64,000 nt of DNA from Gemmatimonadaceae bacterium. Its GTDB lineage: Bacteria; Gemmatimonadota; Gemmatimonadetes; Gemmatimonadales; Gemmatimonadaceae. The notes under the pieces are model-generated. The model worked only from the letters and a program-made list of their open reading frames with translations. It did no database searches and was not told the origin of the DNA. A program made the translations under genes and the position numbers. This document shows positions 9,962 through 18,269 of the stretch, piece after piece; position 1 is the first letter of the stretch; each line of letters starts with the position of its first letter. Where the stretch lies: positions 26,886 to 90,885 of the forward strand of contig JANPKW010000004.1 of NCBI GenBank assembly GCA_031426255.1, in the 5' to 3' direction.

Positions 9962-11082
9962 TTCTAGTCGGCCTTATGTCGGGAACCTCGCTCGACGGAA
10001 TTACCGCCGCGGTTGTCAGGTTCACCGAATTGACGCCAGGTCGCGTGTCCGCCGAGCTGCTTGCGACGACCGGGAGTGAGTACGATCCGGCTCAACGCGC
10101 CCGGCTGGCCCGCGCACTGGCCGGCGCAACACCGGCGGAATATTGCAGACTCAACTTCGAGCTCGGCGAATGGCTGGCTGAGGCGGCGATTCAGGCGATA
10201 GCTGAGGCTGGTGTCTCGAAGAAAGACATCGCGGCAATTGCCTCGCACGGCCAGTCCATCTGGCACGAGCCGGGGCATTCCACGTGGCAGACTGGTGAGT
10301 CGAGTGTCATTGCGGAGCGCACGGGCCTCGACGTCATCAGCGATTTCCGCGTGCGCGACATGGCAGCGGGCGGGCAGGGGGCTCCCCTCGTCCCCATCGC
10401 CGACGGAATGTTGTTCTCTGATTCGGCCAAATGGCGGGCACTCCAGAACATCGGGGGAATTGGCAACGTCTCGGTTGTACCGCCGGGTGGAGATCTCACC
10501 GGCGTGCGCGCATTCGACACCGGCCCCGGATGTGGCGTCATCGACAAGGTCGTACGAACCCTTCGACCAGAGCTGGCTTTTGATCGCGAGGGTGAGCTCG
10601 CGTTGCGCGGAGAGCCGATTCGGAGTGTCGTCGACGCGCTGCTTTCGCACGAATACTTCGCAGCGGCGCCGCCAAAGTCCACCGGGCCGGAGCTGTTCAG
10701 CCAGAAGTACACTGACGACCTGATCGCTGCATGCCGGAATGCATCGCCCGGATGCCGGGACGAGGATATCATTGCAACCGCAGTCTCGCTGACCGCCCGA
10801 AGTATCGCGATGGCCTACGATCGTTTCATCGCTGAACCTGTAACCGAGGTTTTCATATCGGGCGGCGGCGCGAGAAATCCGGCACTCGTTCGCGAGATCG
10901 TCGCCCTCGTTGCCCCGAGGACTGTCATGGATTTCGACGAAACATTCTTCGATGGTGATGCCAAGGAGGCCGTGGCCTTTGCATTGCTTGGGTATCTACA
11001 CCTGCGGGGCGAAGCCGGAAACGTTCCGCGTGCCACTGGTGCCGCCGGCCGGAGAATACTAGGCAAGCGCACTCCTGCCTGA
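9958..11082 (+). CDS. anmK: Anhydro-N-acetylmuramic acid kinase
   Basis: GLMSGTSLDG, SHGQ, DFRVRDMAAGGQGAPLVP, NIGGIGN, FDTGPG, KEAVAFA. Confidence 0.97.
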   Translation: MILVGLMSGTSLDGITAAVVRFTELTPGRVSAELLATTGSEYDPAQRARLARALAGATPAEYCRLNFELGEWLAEAAIQAIAEAGVSKKDIAAIASHGQSIWHEPGHSTWQTGESSVIAERTGLDVISDFRVRDMAAGGQGAPLVPIADGMLFSDSAKWRALQNIGGIGNVSVVPPGGDLTGVRAFDTGPGCGVIDKVVRTLRPELAFDREGELALRGEPIRSVVDALLSHEYFAAAPPKSTGPELFSQKYTDDLIAACRNASPGCRDEDIIATAVSLTARSIAMAYDRFIAEPVTEVFISGGGARNPALVREIVALVAPRTVMDFDETFFDGDAKEAVAFALLGYLHLRGEAGNVPRATGAAGRRILGKRTPA

Positions 11083-11125
11083 CGAACCGCTGCGACGAGC
11101 GCGGCAGACAATCAACGGAGAGTAG

Positions 11126-12433
11126 ATGAGCGAAACGGAGCGCACTTCGGCAGCCCGCGTCTATACCCAGCCAAAAATGGCTGCACTGCTTTTCCTCGGC
11201 TTTGCCTCAGGTCTGCCGTTCTATCTCACGAGCCAGACGCTGCAGGCGTGGATGACGCAGGCGAACGTCGATCTCACAACGATCGGAATTTTCAGCCTCG
11301 TTGGGCTCCCGTATTCTCTGAAGTTCATCTGGGCGCCGCTCCTCGACCGATACGTGCCGCCGTTTCTCGGCAGGCGCCGCGGGTGGCTCGTCATCACGCA
11401 GGTGCTGCTGCTGCTCGGCATCGCTGCGATGTCGCTGCACGATCCGCGTGTTGGGCTTCAGGCGCTCGCGGTCAATGCAATCTTCATCGCTTTTTTCAGC
11501 GCGACGCAGGATGTCGCTGGAGATGCGTACAGGACTGACGTGCTGCACCAGCGCGAGATGGGCGCCGGTGCGGCAACATGGGTGCTCGGATACCGGATAG
11601 CGCTGCTGCTCACCGGCGCGCTCGCGTTCGTGCTCGCCGACCGTATGCCATGGCCCGCAGTGTACCTGGTGTTGTCGGGCCTGATGCTGATTGGTGTTCT
11701 CGCGGCGTTTCTTGCGCCCGAGCCAGTGCTGAAAGACGCGCCGCCAAAGTCGCTCGCGGACGCGGTCATCCTTCCGTTCAACGAGTTCTTCACCCGCTCA
11801 GGCTTGTTTCGTGGTTTTCTGGTTCTGCTCTTCATCGTGCTCTACAAGTATTCCGACAGCCTGGTGAGCGTCATGGGCACGCCGTTTCTCATACAGGCGG
11901 GCTATACGCAGACGGAGATTGGAGTCATCCGCGGCGGCGCGGGTCTCATCTCGACCATTGTCGGCGTGCTTGCCGGTGGTGCGCTGCTCGCGAAGATCGG
12001 GCTAAACCGCTCGCTATGGCTCGTCGCAATCCTTCAGGCCGCAAGCAACCTCGGCTACTACCTGCTCTCGGTGACCGGCCAGAACCGCTCGTGGCTCGTC
12101 GGCGTGATTGTCGTCGAGAATTTCATCATGGGTCTCGCGACGGCGGCATTGCTCGCGTTTCTGATGATGATGTGCAACAAGCGGTTTTCAGCGACGCAGT
12201 TTGCGCTCCTGTCGAGCCTTGTTGCGGCGAGTCGCGACATTCTCACCGCGCCGTCAGGTGGTGTGGCTGAGGCAACGGGCTGGCCGATGTTTTTCCTCGT
12301 GACGATTGCTGCAGGGCTTCCTGCGCTGCTGATGCTTCCGTTCATCGCGCCGTGGAATCGTGACACGCCAATTGGTGCAGCTTCGCACGATGGCGATGTG
12401 GCGGACTGGAAAACCGGAGAACCGGAAGGCTAG
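11126..12433 (+). CDS. ampG: AmpG-family muropeptide MFS transporter
   Basis: LGFASGLP, LPYSLKFIWAPLLDR, GRRRGWL, SATQDVAGDAYR, SATQFALLSSL; follows murQ-anmK. Confidence 0.93.
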   Translation: MSETERTSAARVYTQPKMAALLFLGFASGLPFYLTSQTLQAWMTQANVDLTTIGIFSLVGLPYSLKFIWAPLLDRYVPPFLGRRRGWLVITQVLLLLGIAAMSLHDPRVGLQALAVNAIFIAFFSATQDVAGDAYRTDVLHQREMGAGAATWVLGYRIALLLTGALAFVLADRMPWPAVYLVLSGLMLIGVLAAFLAPEPVLKDAPPKSLADAVILPFNEFFTRSGLFRGFLVLLFIVLYKYSDSLVSVMGTPFLIQAGYTQTEIGVIRGGAGLISTIVGVLAGGALLAKIGLNRSLWLVAILQAASNLGYYLLSVTGQNRSWLVGVIVVENFIMGLATAALLAFLMMMCNKRFSATQFALLSSLVAASRDILTAPSGGVAEATGWPMFFLVTIAAGLPALLMLPFIAPWNRDTPIGAASHDGDVADWKTGEPEG

Positions 12434-13350
12434 ACCGCCGCCATACGATAGCGCCCCACCACTGCGGTAACGTTGTCAGGAGCACCCGTCTCCAGCGCGC
12501 GCTCGATCAGCGCCTCAGCCAGGGCCTCGAGATCATCGTGCTTGGCGGCCGCGGCCGCGATCTCCGTCGATGACATCTGATTGGAGAGCCCATCGCTGCA
12601 GAGAACGATGATGTCGCCATTCAACAGCCGGTCACGTGTGAACTCGGGGACGACAGTAGTCTCCGGCCCAAGGGCCTGGAGGATGATGTTCCGGTGCTCG
12701 CTTCGCTCCGCCTGTTCCTGCGTCAGCTTCCCCGCGTCAACCATGCGCTGCACGAGCGACTGGTCCTTCGTCATCTGCCGTGCAACGCCGCCCCTGATGA
12801 TGTAGGCGCGGCTATCACCAACCTGGGCGAAGTAGACCATGCCGCCAACCACGAGCGCCAGCGTGGCCGTCGTGCCCATCCCATGATGCGACTTGTTCGC
12901 ACGCGATTCAGCGTGAATCGCCTGATTGGCTGCGGCTACGGCTTGCTGCAGAGAATCGGCAATTACTACCGCTCCCTTGAGCGCCCCCCGCTGCGATCGC
13001 TGGCGCAGGCTGTCAAATGAAACCTGAGTCGCAAGCGAGCTTGCGATCTCACCAGACGCGGCGCCGCCGACGCCATCCGCAACCATCAGGAGTGACGGGA
13101 CAGCCTCGGCACGCAGGACGCCTGCATCGTTTTCGGTGAATGCATCCCCACTCGCGAGATTCCCGAAGAGAAAAGAATCTTCGTTGTGCTCGCGAATGAG
13201 CCCGACGTCGGTGCGGCCTGCGACTTCAATTGTACCTTCCGGAAGAGCCGGAAACTCGGATGTGAATGGCTCGGTTCGAGTCACTAGGCGGTATGCACGC
13301 CGGAGTCGCGGGCGCGCGAAAAGGAATTCGATGTAAGGGGGTGGTGCCAC
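12430..13350 (-). CDS. PP2C-family Ser/Thr protein phosphatase (Stp1/PrpC-like)
   Basis: TDVGLIREHNED, VADGVGG, GMGTT, VGDSRAY, CSDGLSN, PDNVT. Confidence 0.95.
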   Translation of the reverse strand: MAPPPYIEFLFARPRLRRAYRLVTRTEPFTSEFPALPEGTIEVAGRTDVGLIREHNEDSFLFGNLASGDAFTENDAGVLRAEAVPSLLMVADGVGGAASGEIASSLATQVSFDSLRQRSQRGALKGAVVIADSLQQAVAAANQAIHAESRANKSHHGMGTTATLALVVGGMVYFAQVGDSRAYIIRGGVARQMTKDQSLVQRMVDAGKLTQEQAERSEHRNIILQALGPETTVVPEFTRDRLLNGDIIVLCSDGLSNQMSSTEIAAAAAKHDDLEALAEALIERALETGAPDNVTAVVGRYRMAAV

Positions 13351-13463
13351 AGCATTCGCGGGAATATAGGTGAGACGGCACGGATTCGCCGAATTTGGGT
13401 TATGTCGCGTGACCCGTGGTATCGAGCGTGCAAGTACTTCAGGGCAATGACGACCATACCGGG

Positions 13464-15089
13464 ATGATGATTACGAAAATTCACTTTCGCCTGATTTTCG
13501 CTGTCGCGACAGGCTTTCTCGCTGCTGCTTGCGCCTCGCCACGCGTTGCCGCCGCCCCTCCTGAGCCAGTCCCCGCGCCAGCGCCCGCGCCGCCTCCAGT
13601 TCCGGTGGTTCATCGGGCGCCACTCCCCGCTCCGAACCCCGCGCTCCCCAACGTGCCCGACGTCGATGGGCCTCTCGCGATCAACGTGATCTATCCGTCA
13701 CCCAACCAGACGATCTCGTCCCGCGACTCGAACTTTGTTTTCGGCAGCGTGGGCAGCGGGCGCGCAGGGCTGACTATCAACGGAATGCTCACCCCGGTTT
13801 GGCCCAACGGTTCATTCATGGCGTGGCTTCCGAATCCTCCCGCCAGTTCGCCGCGGTACGTGATAGTAGCGACCACGGGCGTCGATTCGGCCCGACTGGT
13901 TCACCCTGTCAAACTTCTTCCGCCGCCGCCTGATTCGGTGCCGCCGCCAGATACTATCACACGCATCTCGCCCGCAAGATGGGCGGAGCTCATCGGCCCG
14001 GCGGCATACGCGAGCGACACGGATCGTGTCGTGACAGGTTATGCGACGACCGGCGGGATCCAGCGATGGTTCCTGCTTCCTCAAACAAAAGTGCAGGTAA
14101 CGGGCACCCGAGGTAGCGATGCATTCGTAGCACTCGACTCGGCTCAAACGATCCGGATCGCGCAGGCGGATGTGAAGATGTTCGACTCATCCGCCGTTCG
14201 CATACCAATCCGCGCACGGGCAGCGACGCTGCGGAATTCTGCCGAATGGACCGACGTTGTCATTCCTGTGAACGGACGCCCCGCTTATCTGGTGGAGCAT
14301 GCACCGGGCTCACTGATTCTGACACTCTACGGGACGGCAGGCCCGCGCACCCGGGCAACTCTCCACGCGCCGGCATCGAGCTATCTGCAGGTCGTGTCTA
14401 CGGAAAACGCGGCGCCGCAGATGAAGTACACCCTGACGCTGCGGGGGCCTGCTTACGGTTACCAGCCGCTATGGGAAGACGGGAGATTCATCTTCCGCGT
14501 CCGCAAACCGCCTGCGATTGATTCAGTATCGCCGCTGCGCGGCCTTACGATCGCCATCGACCCCGGCCACCCTCCGATTGGCGCAACCGGTCCAACCGGA
14601 TTGAAAGAGGCGGAGGCGACACTTCCGGTCGGATTCAAGGCGCAGGAGCTCCTTCAGGCGAAGGGAGTGAACGTCGTCATGACGAGGACATCCAACGATC
14701 CGGTGGATCTGAATCTCAGGCCGACCATCGGACGCCGGGCGAACGCTCATGCCTTTGTCTCCATTCACCTGAACGCTGTTCCCGATGGCGTCAACCCGTT
14801 CCGCGCGCAGGGCACCGCGACTTACCATTACCATTCGCATTCCGGCGCGCTGGCTGAAACGATTCACCGCGCTTCCGTGCAGCATCTGTCGCTGCCGGAC
14901 AACGGAGTCAAGCGGGAAAACTTCGCAGTGGTGAGGGGAACATGGATGCCGTCGGTGCTAATGGAAGGCGCGTTCATCATCATGCCGGACCAGGAAGCCG
15001 CGATGCGGACCCCCGAATATCAGCAACGTTATGCGCAGGCGATCGTCGACGGACTCGAGGCCTACTTCAGGACGCTGGCATCGCGCTAG
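13464..15089 (+). CDS. N-acetylmuramoyl-L-alanine amidase (Amidase_3), lipoprotein
   Basis: Lipobox LAAA-C, Pro-rich linker, C-terminal IDPGH, EAEATL, SIHLNA, VLMEGAF. Start placed at ATG 13464; the track starts at 13416. Confidence 0.92.
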   Translation: MMITKIHFRLIFAVATGFLAAACASPRVAAAPPEPVPAPAPAPPPVPVVHRAPLPAPNPALPNVPDVDGPLAINVIYPSPNQTISSRDSNFVFGSVGSGRAGLTINGMLTPVWPNGSFMAWLPNPPASSPRYVIVATTGVDSARLVHPVKLLPPPPDSVPPPDTITRISPARWAELIGPAAYASDTDRVVTGYATTGGIQRWFLLPQTKVQVTGTRGSDAFVALDSAQTIRIAQADVKMFDSSAVRIPIRARAATLRNSAEWTDVVIPVNGRPAYLVEHAPGSLILTLYGTAGPRTRATLHAPASSYLQVVSTENAAPQMKYTLTLRGPAYGYQPLWEDGRFIFRVRKPPAIDSVSPLRGLTIAIDPGHPPIGATGPTGLKEAEATLPVGFKAQELLQAKGVNVVMTRTSNDPVDLNLRPTIGRRANAHAFVSIHLNAVPDGVNPFRAQGTATYHYHSHSGALAETIHRASVQHLSLPDNGVKRENFAVVRGTWMPSVLMEGAFIIMPDQEAAMRTPEYQQRYAQAIVDGLEAYFRTLASR

Positions 15090-18019
15090 GCAGGACAGCA
15101 CGGACTCTCTTCGCGGTTCTCGCGCTTGCGTTTCCTGCAGGCGCGTCTGCGCAGCTCGTCCCCTCAGACCGATGGTTTACGCTCGAGACGGAAAACTTTC
15201 GTGTTCACTTCACTCGCGAGCTCGAGAGTGAAGCGCGTCGCGGTGCCGTCAACGCCGAGCGCGCCTGGGCGGAGCTGAGTTCAGAGCTGCGCGCACCGCG
15301 CGGAAAGGTTGACATCGTCATCGCCGACAACGTCGACTATGTGAACGGCTACGCGAGCCCGTTCCCCTCCAACCGGATCGTGATCTACGCGCATCCGCCC
15401 GTGTCGACCGCGGAGTTCCGCAACTACGATGACTGGAGCCGGCTGGTAATAACGCATGAACTCGCACACATCTTTCACCTCGATCGTGCTGACGGTGTCT
15501 GGGGACTTGGCCAGCGCCTGTTCGGAAGACATCCGGCACTTTTCCCTAACGGATATCAGCCTGCATGGGTGATAGAAGGTCTCGCAGTCTATTACGAGTC
15601 GCGCGTTACCGGAGCGGGCCGACTCGAGGGTTCTGAGCACTACATGATCGCTCGCGCGGCAGCGGAGGCAGGGCGGATCCCACGCGTCGGCGAGCTGTCC
15701 CGGCAGACCAGTCGGTTCCCCGGCGGTGAAGTCGTGTATGCATACGGCGGACAAATTTTCGACCACATTGCGCGCACTCGCGGCCCCGGGACGATCCCGC
15801 GTTTCGTCGACGTAACGAGCAAGGTGCTTCTCCCGCTGTCGCTGAACCGGAGGGCGAAACGCGCATTCGGAATAAGCTTCGAAAATGCGTGGCGTGATTG
15901 GCGGGATTCACTTGTTGGCGCCGCCGCCGGTTCAGCAGGCGCACGCGATCCGTTTCCGCAGTGGCGCGAGCTGACTCGCGACGGTCGGAGCGTTGGATTC
16001 CCAAGGTGGCTTGGCGACACCGCAATTCTATACTCGGCTGCCACCGGTAAAGAGGTCACGGCGGCTTACACTGTTTCCCTGAACGGTGAAGTTGAACGTC
16101 TCGGGCGACGCAACGGAATCGATGCGAACGCAGTGATGCCCGATGGATCAATCCTGTTTGCGCAAGTCGATTTTACTGACGCGTTCCATGTCAGGAACGA
16201 TTTGTATGTCGAACGAGACGGGTTGCAGCGTAGACTGACCGAGGGCGCGCGATTGTCGAACCCAGACGTAAGCCGAACCGGTGAAATCATTGCGGTGCAA
16301 TCGCAACCGGGTACCACGCGACTTGTCAGAGTGTCGGCTGATGATGGGTCGATTGTTCCACTGACTTCCGGAAACTCCATGATCCAGTGGGCCGATCCAC
16401 GTTGGTCGCCCGATGGATCTTCTGTCGCCGCTGTGCGGATCACCCGCGGTAGCGGTTCAGAGATTGTGATCCTGAACGGCGACGGAGCGTTGCGGGGAGT
16501 GGCCGTCGCGGGGAGCGCTGTTGTTGCAGCGCCGTCATGGTCGCGTGACGGCACGCATCTCTACTACACGTCTACCCGTTCAGGCACGATGCAGGTATAC
16601 ACGAGGCCGATAGGTGCCACTGTATCGCCGCAGTCGGGCGCGCCGCTCTCTTCCGCGAGCACAGGTGCGTTCAATCCGCAAAGGTCTCCCGACGGGAGGT
16701 CGCTCGCCGCGTTGAGCTTCACGTTCGATGGCTACCATGTCGGCGTCGCTCCGTTCCCGACTACTCTTCCGACTTCGCCGGCTCGAACCGCGCGAGAACT
16801 TTGCGCAAACTGCCGGCTTGCTGTGACGGTACGAAATCCGGTTACCGAGAAAGATCTTGGTACGCCGAGGAATTATTCCGCGATCAGGTCGCTCGTTCCG
16901 AGCTACTGGGAGCCGATTCTCGCCGGCAGCAGTTCCGAGGTTTTCCTTGGCGCGGGCACGCACGGATCGGACATCATCGGGCGCCACGCCTACGCCGTGC
17001 AGGCAATATTCAACACGCGGCATCGTGAGACCGAAGCATTCGCCTCGTATCAGTACGCCGGGCTCGGGCAGCCATACCTCAATTTTTCGGTGAGCCAGGA
17101 GCATGAGCATTTCGACGTGTTCAACTCCACTGGCGACGACGTCGGCGATCTTGCTCGTCGCGCGCGTATCGCTGGAGTGAGCGCCAGTGTATCACGGCCG
17201 CGAGTGCGAACCGCGGCTTCGTTTTCGTTAGGGGCGGATATCGAATCGAGAAGCTACGCTACCGATCCGGACACGCTTCTGCTGCGATTGTCCGACGTTT
17301 TCGGCGAGACAAGACGTTATCCATCAATGTTCGCGTCCGCGGGGTGGTCAAATACAAAGCGGCCCGCGCTCAGTATCTCGCGGGAAGATGGCATCTCTGT
17401 TTCAGCATCCGCACGCCAGCGGTGGGAAGCTGGGGAATTTGCTGACGGGAGCCGCAGCGTGATCGGGGTTGCGGCTGCATTCAAGTCGCTGCACCTGCCT
17501 GGTTTCGCGCACCACGTGATAGCGTTTCGCGGTGCCGCGGGATTCGCCGACCGTCGTGCGATTTCGACGTTTTCTGCCGGCGGCCTCAGCGGTGGATCAC
17601 TGGAGGTAATTGCCGGGGTGAATATCGGCGATGCGCGAAGAACGTTCGGTGTCAGGGGATTCCCGCCGTCTGCGCAACAGGGGATTCGTGCGTACGCCGG
17701 CACCGCTGAGTATCGCTTGCCCCTCTCGGCACCTTCGAGGCGTGTGAGATTCGTGCCGATCCTCTTCGACAAGATTTCCTTGTCTGCTTTTGCTGATGCG
17801 GGAAGGGCATGGTGCCCTGATCGAGGTGAAGGAATCTGCGATACTGATCGAGGGGGCCAGGTCATGGCTTCAGTTGGCGGAGAAGTGAATCTGGATACCG
17901 CGCTTCAGTACGATTATCCCGTCCGGCTCCGGCTCGGATCCGCCTTTCCCTTCAGAGGAAAGGAAGAAACGAGTGCCCGCTCGGGAAGCGTTTATTTTAC
18001 GATAGGGACGTCATTCTAG
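14942..18019 (+). CDS. Omp85/BamA-superfamily protein with N-terminal HEXXH metallopeptidase-like domain and TolB-like beta-propeller; true start uncertain (about 15080)
   Basis: Signal-like TLFAVLALAFPAGASA-Q, HELAH plus EGLAVYYES, PD40-like repeats (PRWSPDG, PSWSRDG, PQRSPDG), Omp85 VRGF motif, terminal Phe. Confidence 0.85.
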   Translation: MDAVGANGRRVHHHAGPGSRDADPRISATLCAGDRRRTRGLLQDAGIALGRTARTLFAVLALAFPAGASAQLVPSDRWFTLETENFRVHFTRELESEARRGAVNAERAWAELSSELRAPRGKVDIVIADNVDYVNGYASPFPSNRIVIYAHPPVSTAEFRNYDDWSRLVITHELAHIFHLDRADGVWGLGQRLFGRHPALFPNGYQPAWVIEGLAVYYESRVTGAGRLEGSEHYMIARAAAEAGRIPRVGELSRQTSRFPGGEVVYAYGGQIFDHIARTRGPGTIPRFVDVTSKVLLPLSLNRRAKRAFGISFENAWRDWRDSLVGAAAGSAGARDPFPQWRELTRDGRSVGFPRWLGDTAILYSAATGKEVTAAYTVSLNGEVERLGRRNGIDANAVMPDGSILFAQVDFTDAFHVRNDLYVERDGLQRRLTEGARLSNPDVSRTGEIIAVQSQPGTTRLVRVSADDGSIVPLTSGNSMIQWADPRWSPDGSSVAAVRITRGSGSEIVILNGDGALRGVAVAGSAVVAAPSWSRDGTHLYYTSTRSGTMQVYTRPIGATVSPQSGAPLSSASTGAFNPQRSPDGRSLAALSFTFDGYHVGVAPFPTTLPTSPARTARELCANCRLAVTVRNPVTEKDLGTPRNYSAIRSLVPSYWEPILAGSSSEVFLGAGTHGSDIIGRHAYAVQAIFNTRHRETEAFASYQYAGLGQPYLNFSVSQEHEHFDVFNSTGDDVGDLARRARIAGVSASVSRPRVRTAASFSLGADIESRSYATDPDTLLLRLSDVFGETRRYPSMFASAGWSNTKRPALSISREDGISVSASARQRWEAGEFADGSRSVIGVAAAFKSLHLPGFAHHVIAFRGAAGFADRRAISTFSAGGLSGGSLEVIAGVNIGDARRTFGVRGFPPSAQQGIRAYAGTAEYRLPLSAPSRRVRFVPILFDKISLSAFADAGRAWCPDRGEGICDTDRGGQVMASVGGEVNLDTALQYDYPVRLRLGSAFPFRGKEETSARSGSVYFTIGTSF

Positions 18020-18269
18020 GACCGCTCAGGTACGTGAGTCCAGGCAAGTACCGGATTCTCATAGTGGAAATCTCACCTTGAAATCCCGTTCTGTGATGTG
18101 GATACCGTAACATGATGCCACGTAATGACTTACGGTAGCACTGGCGCGGACTCACGAACCCCGTTAACCTGCGCACCCCAACATCGGTCTACCCAATTCG
18201 ACTTAGTGTCGAAATGCTCATTTAGTTTTAGCAGTTGACAACCATTTTTTTCAGCGGAGAGTTGTTTTA

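Noticed and set aside
13376-13390. Sigma-54-like CGGCACG-GATT-CGC upstream of the amidase
   Set aside because: GG-to-GC spacing is one base short and TTGC is absent.
18175-18195. Possible NrdR box upstream of nrdJ (CCCCAACATCGGTC)
   Set aside because: Only the left half fits the acaCwAtATaTwGtgt consensus, and no convincing second box is seen.
18020-18269. Cobalamin riboswitch before nrdJ
   Set aside because: No B12-box or GGGAA/GCCACTG core elements are recognisable.
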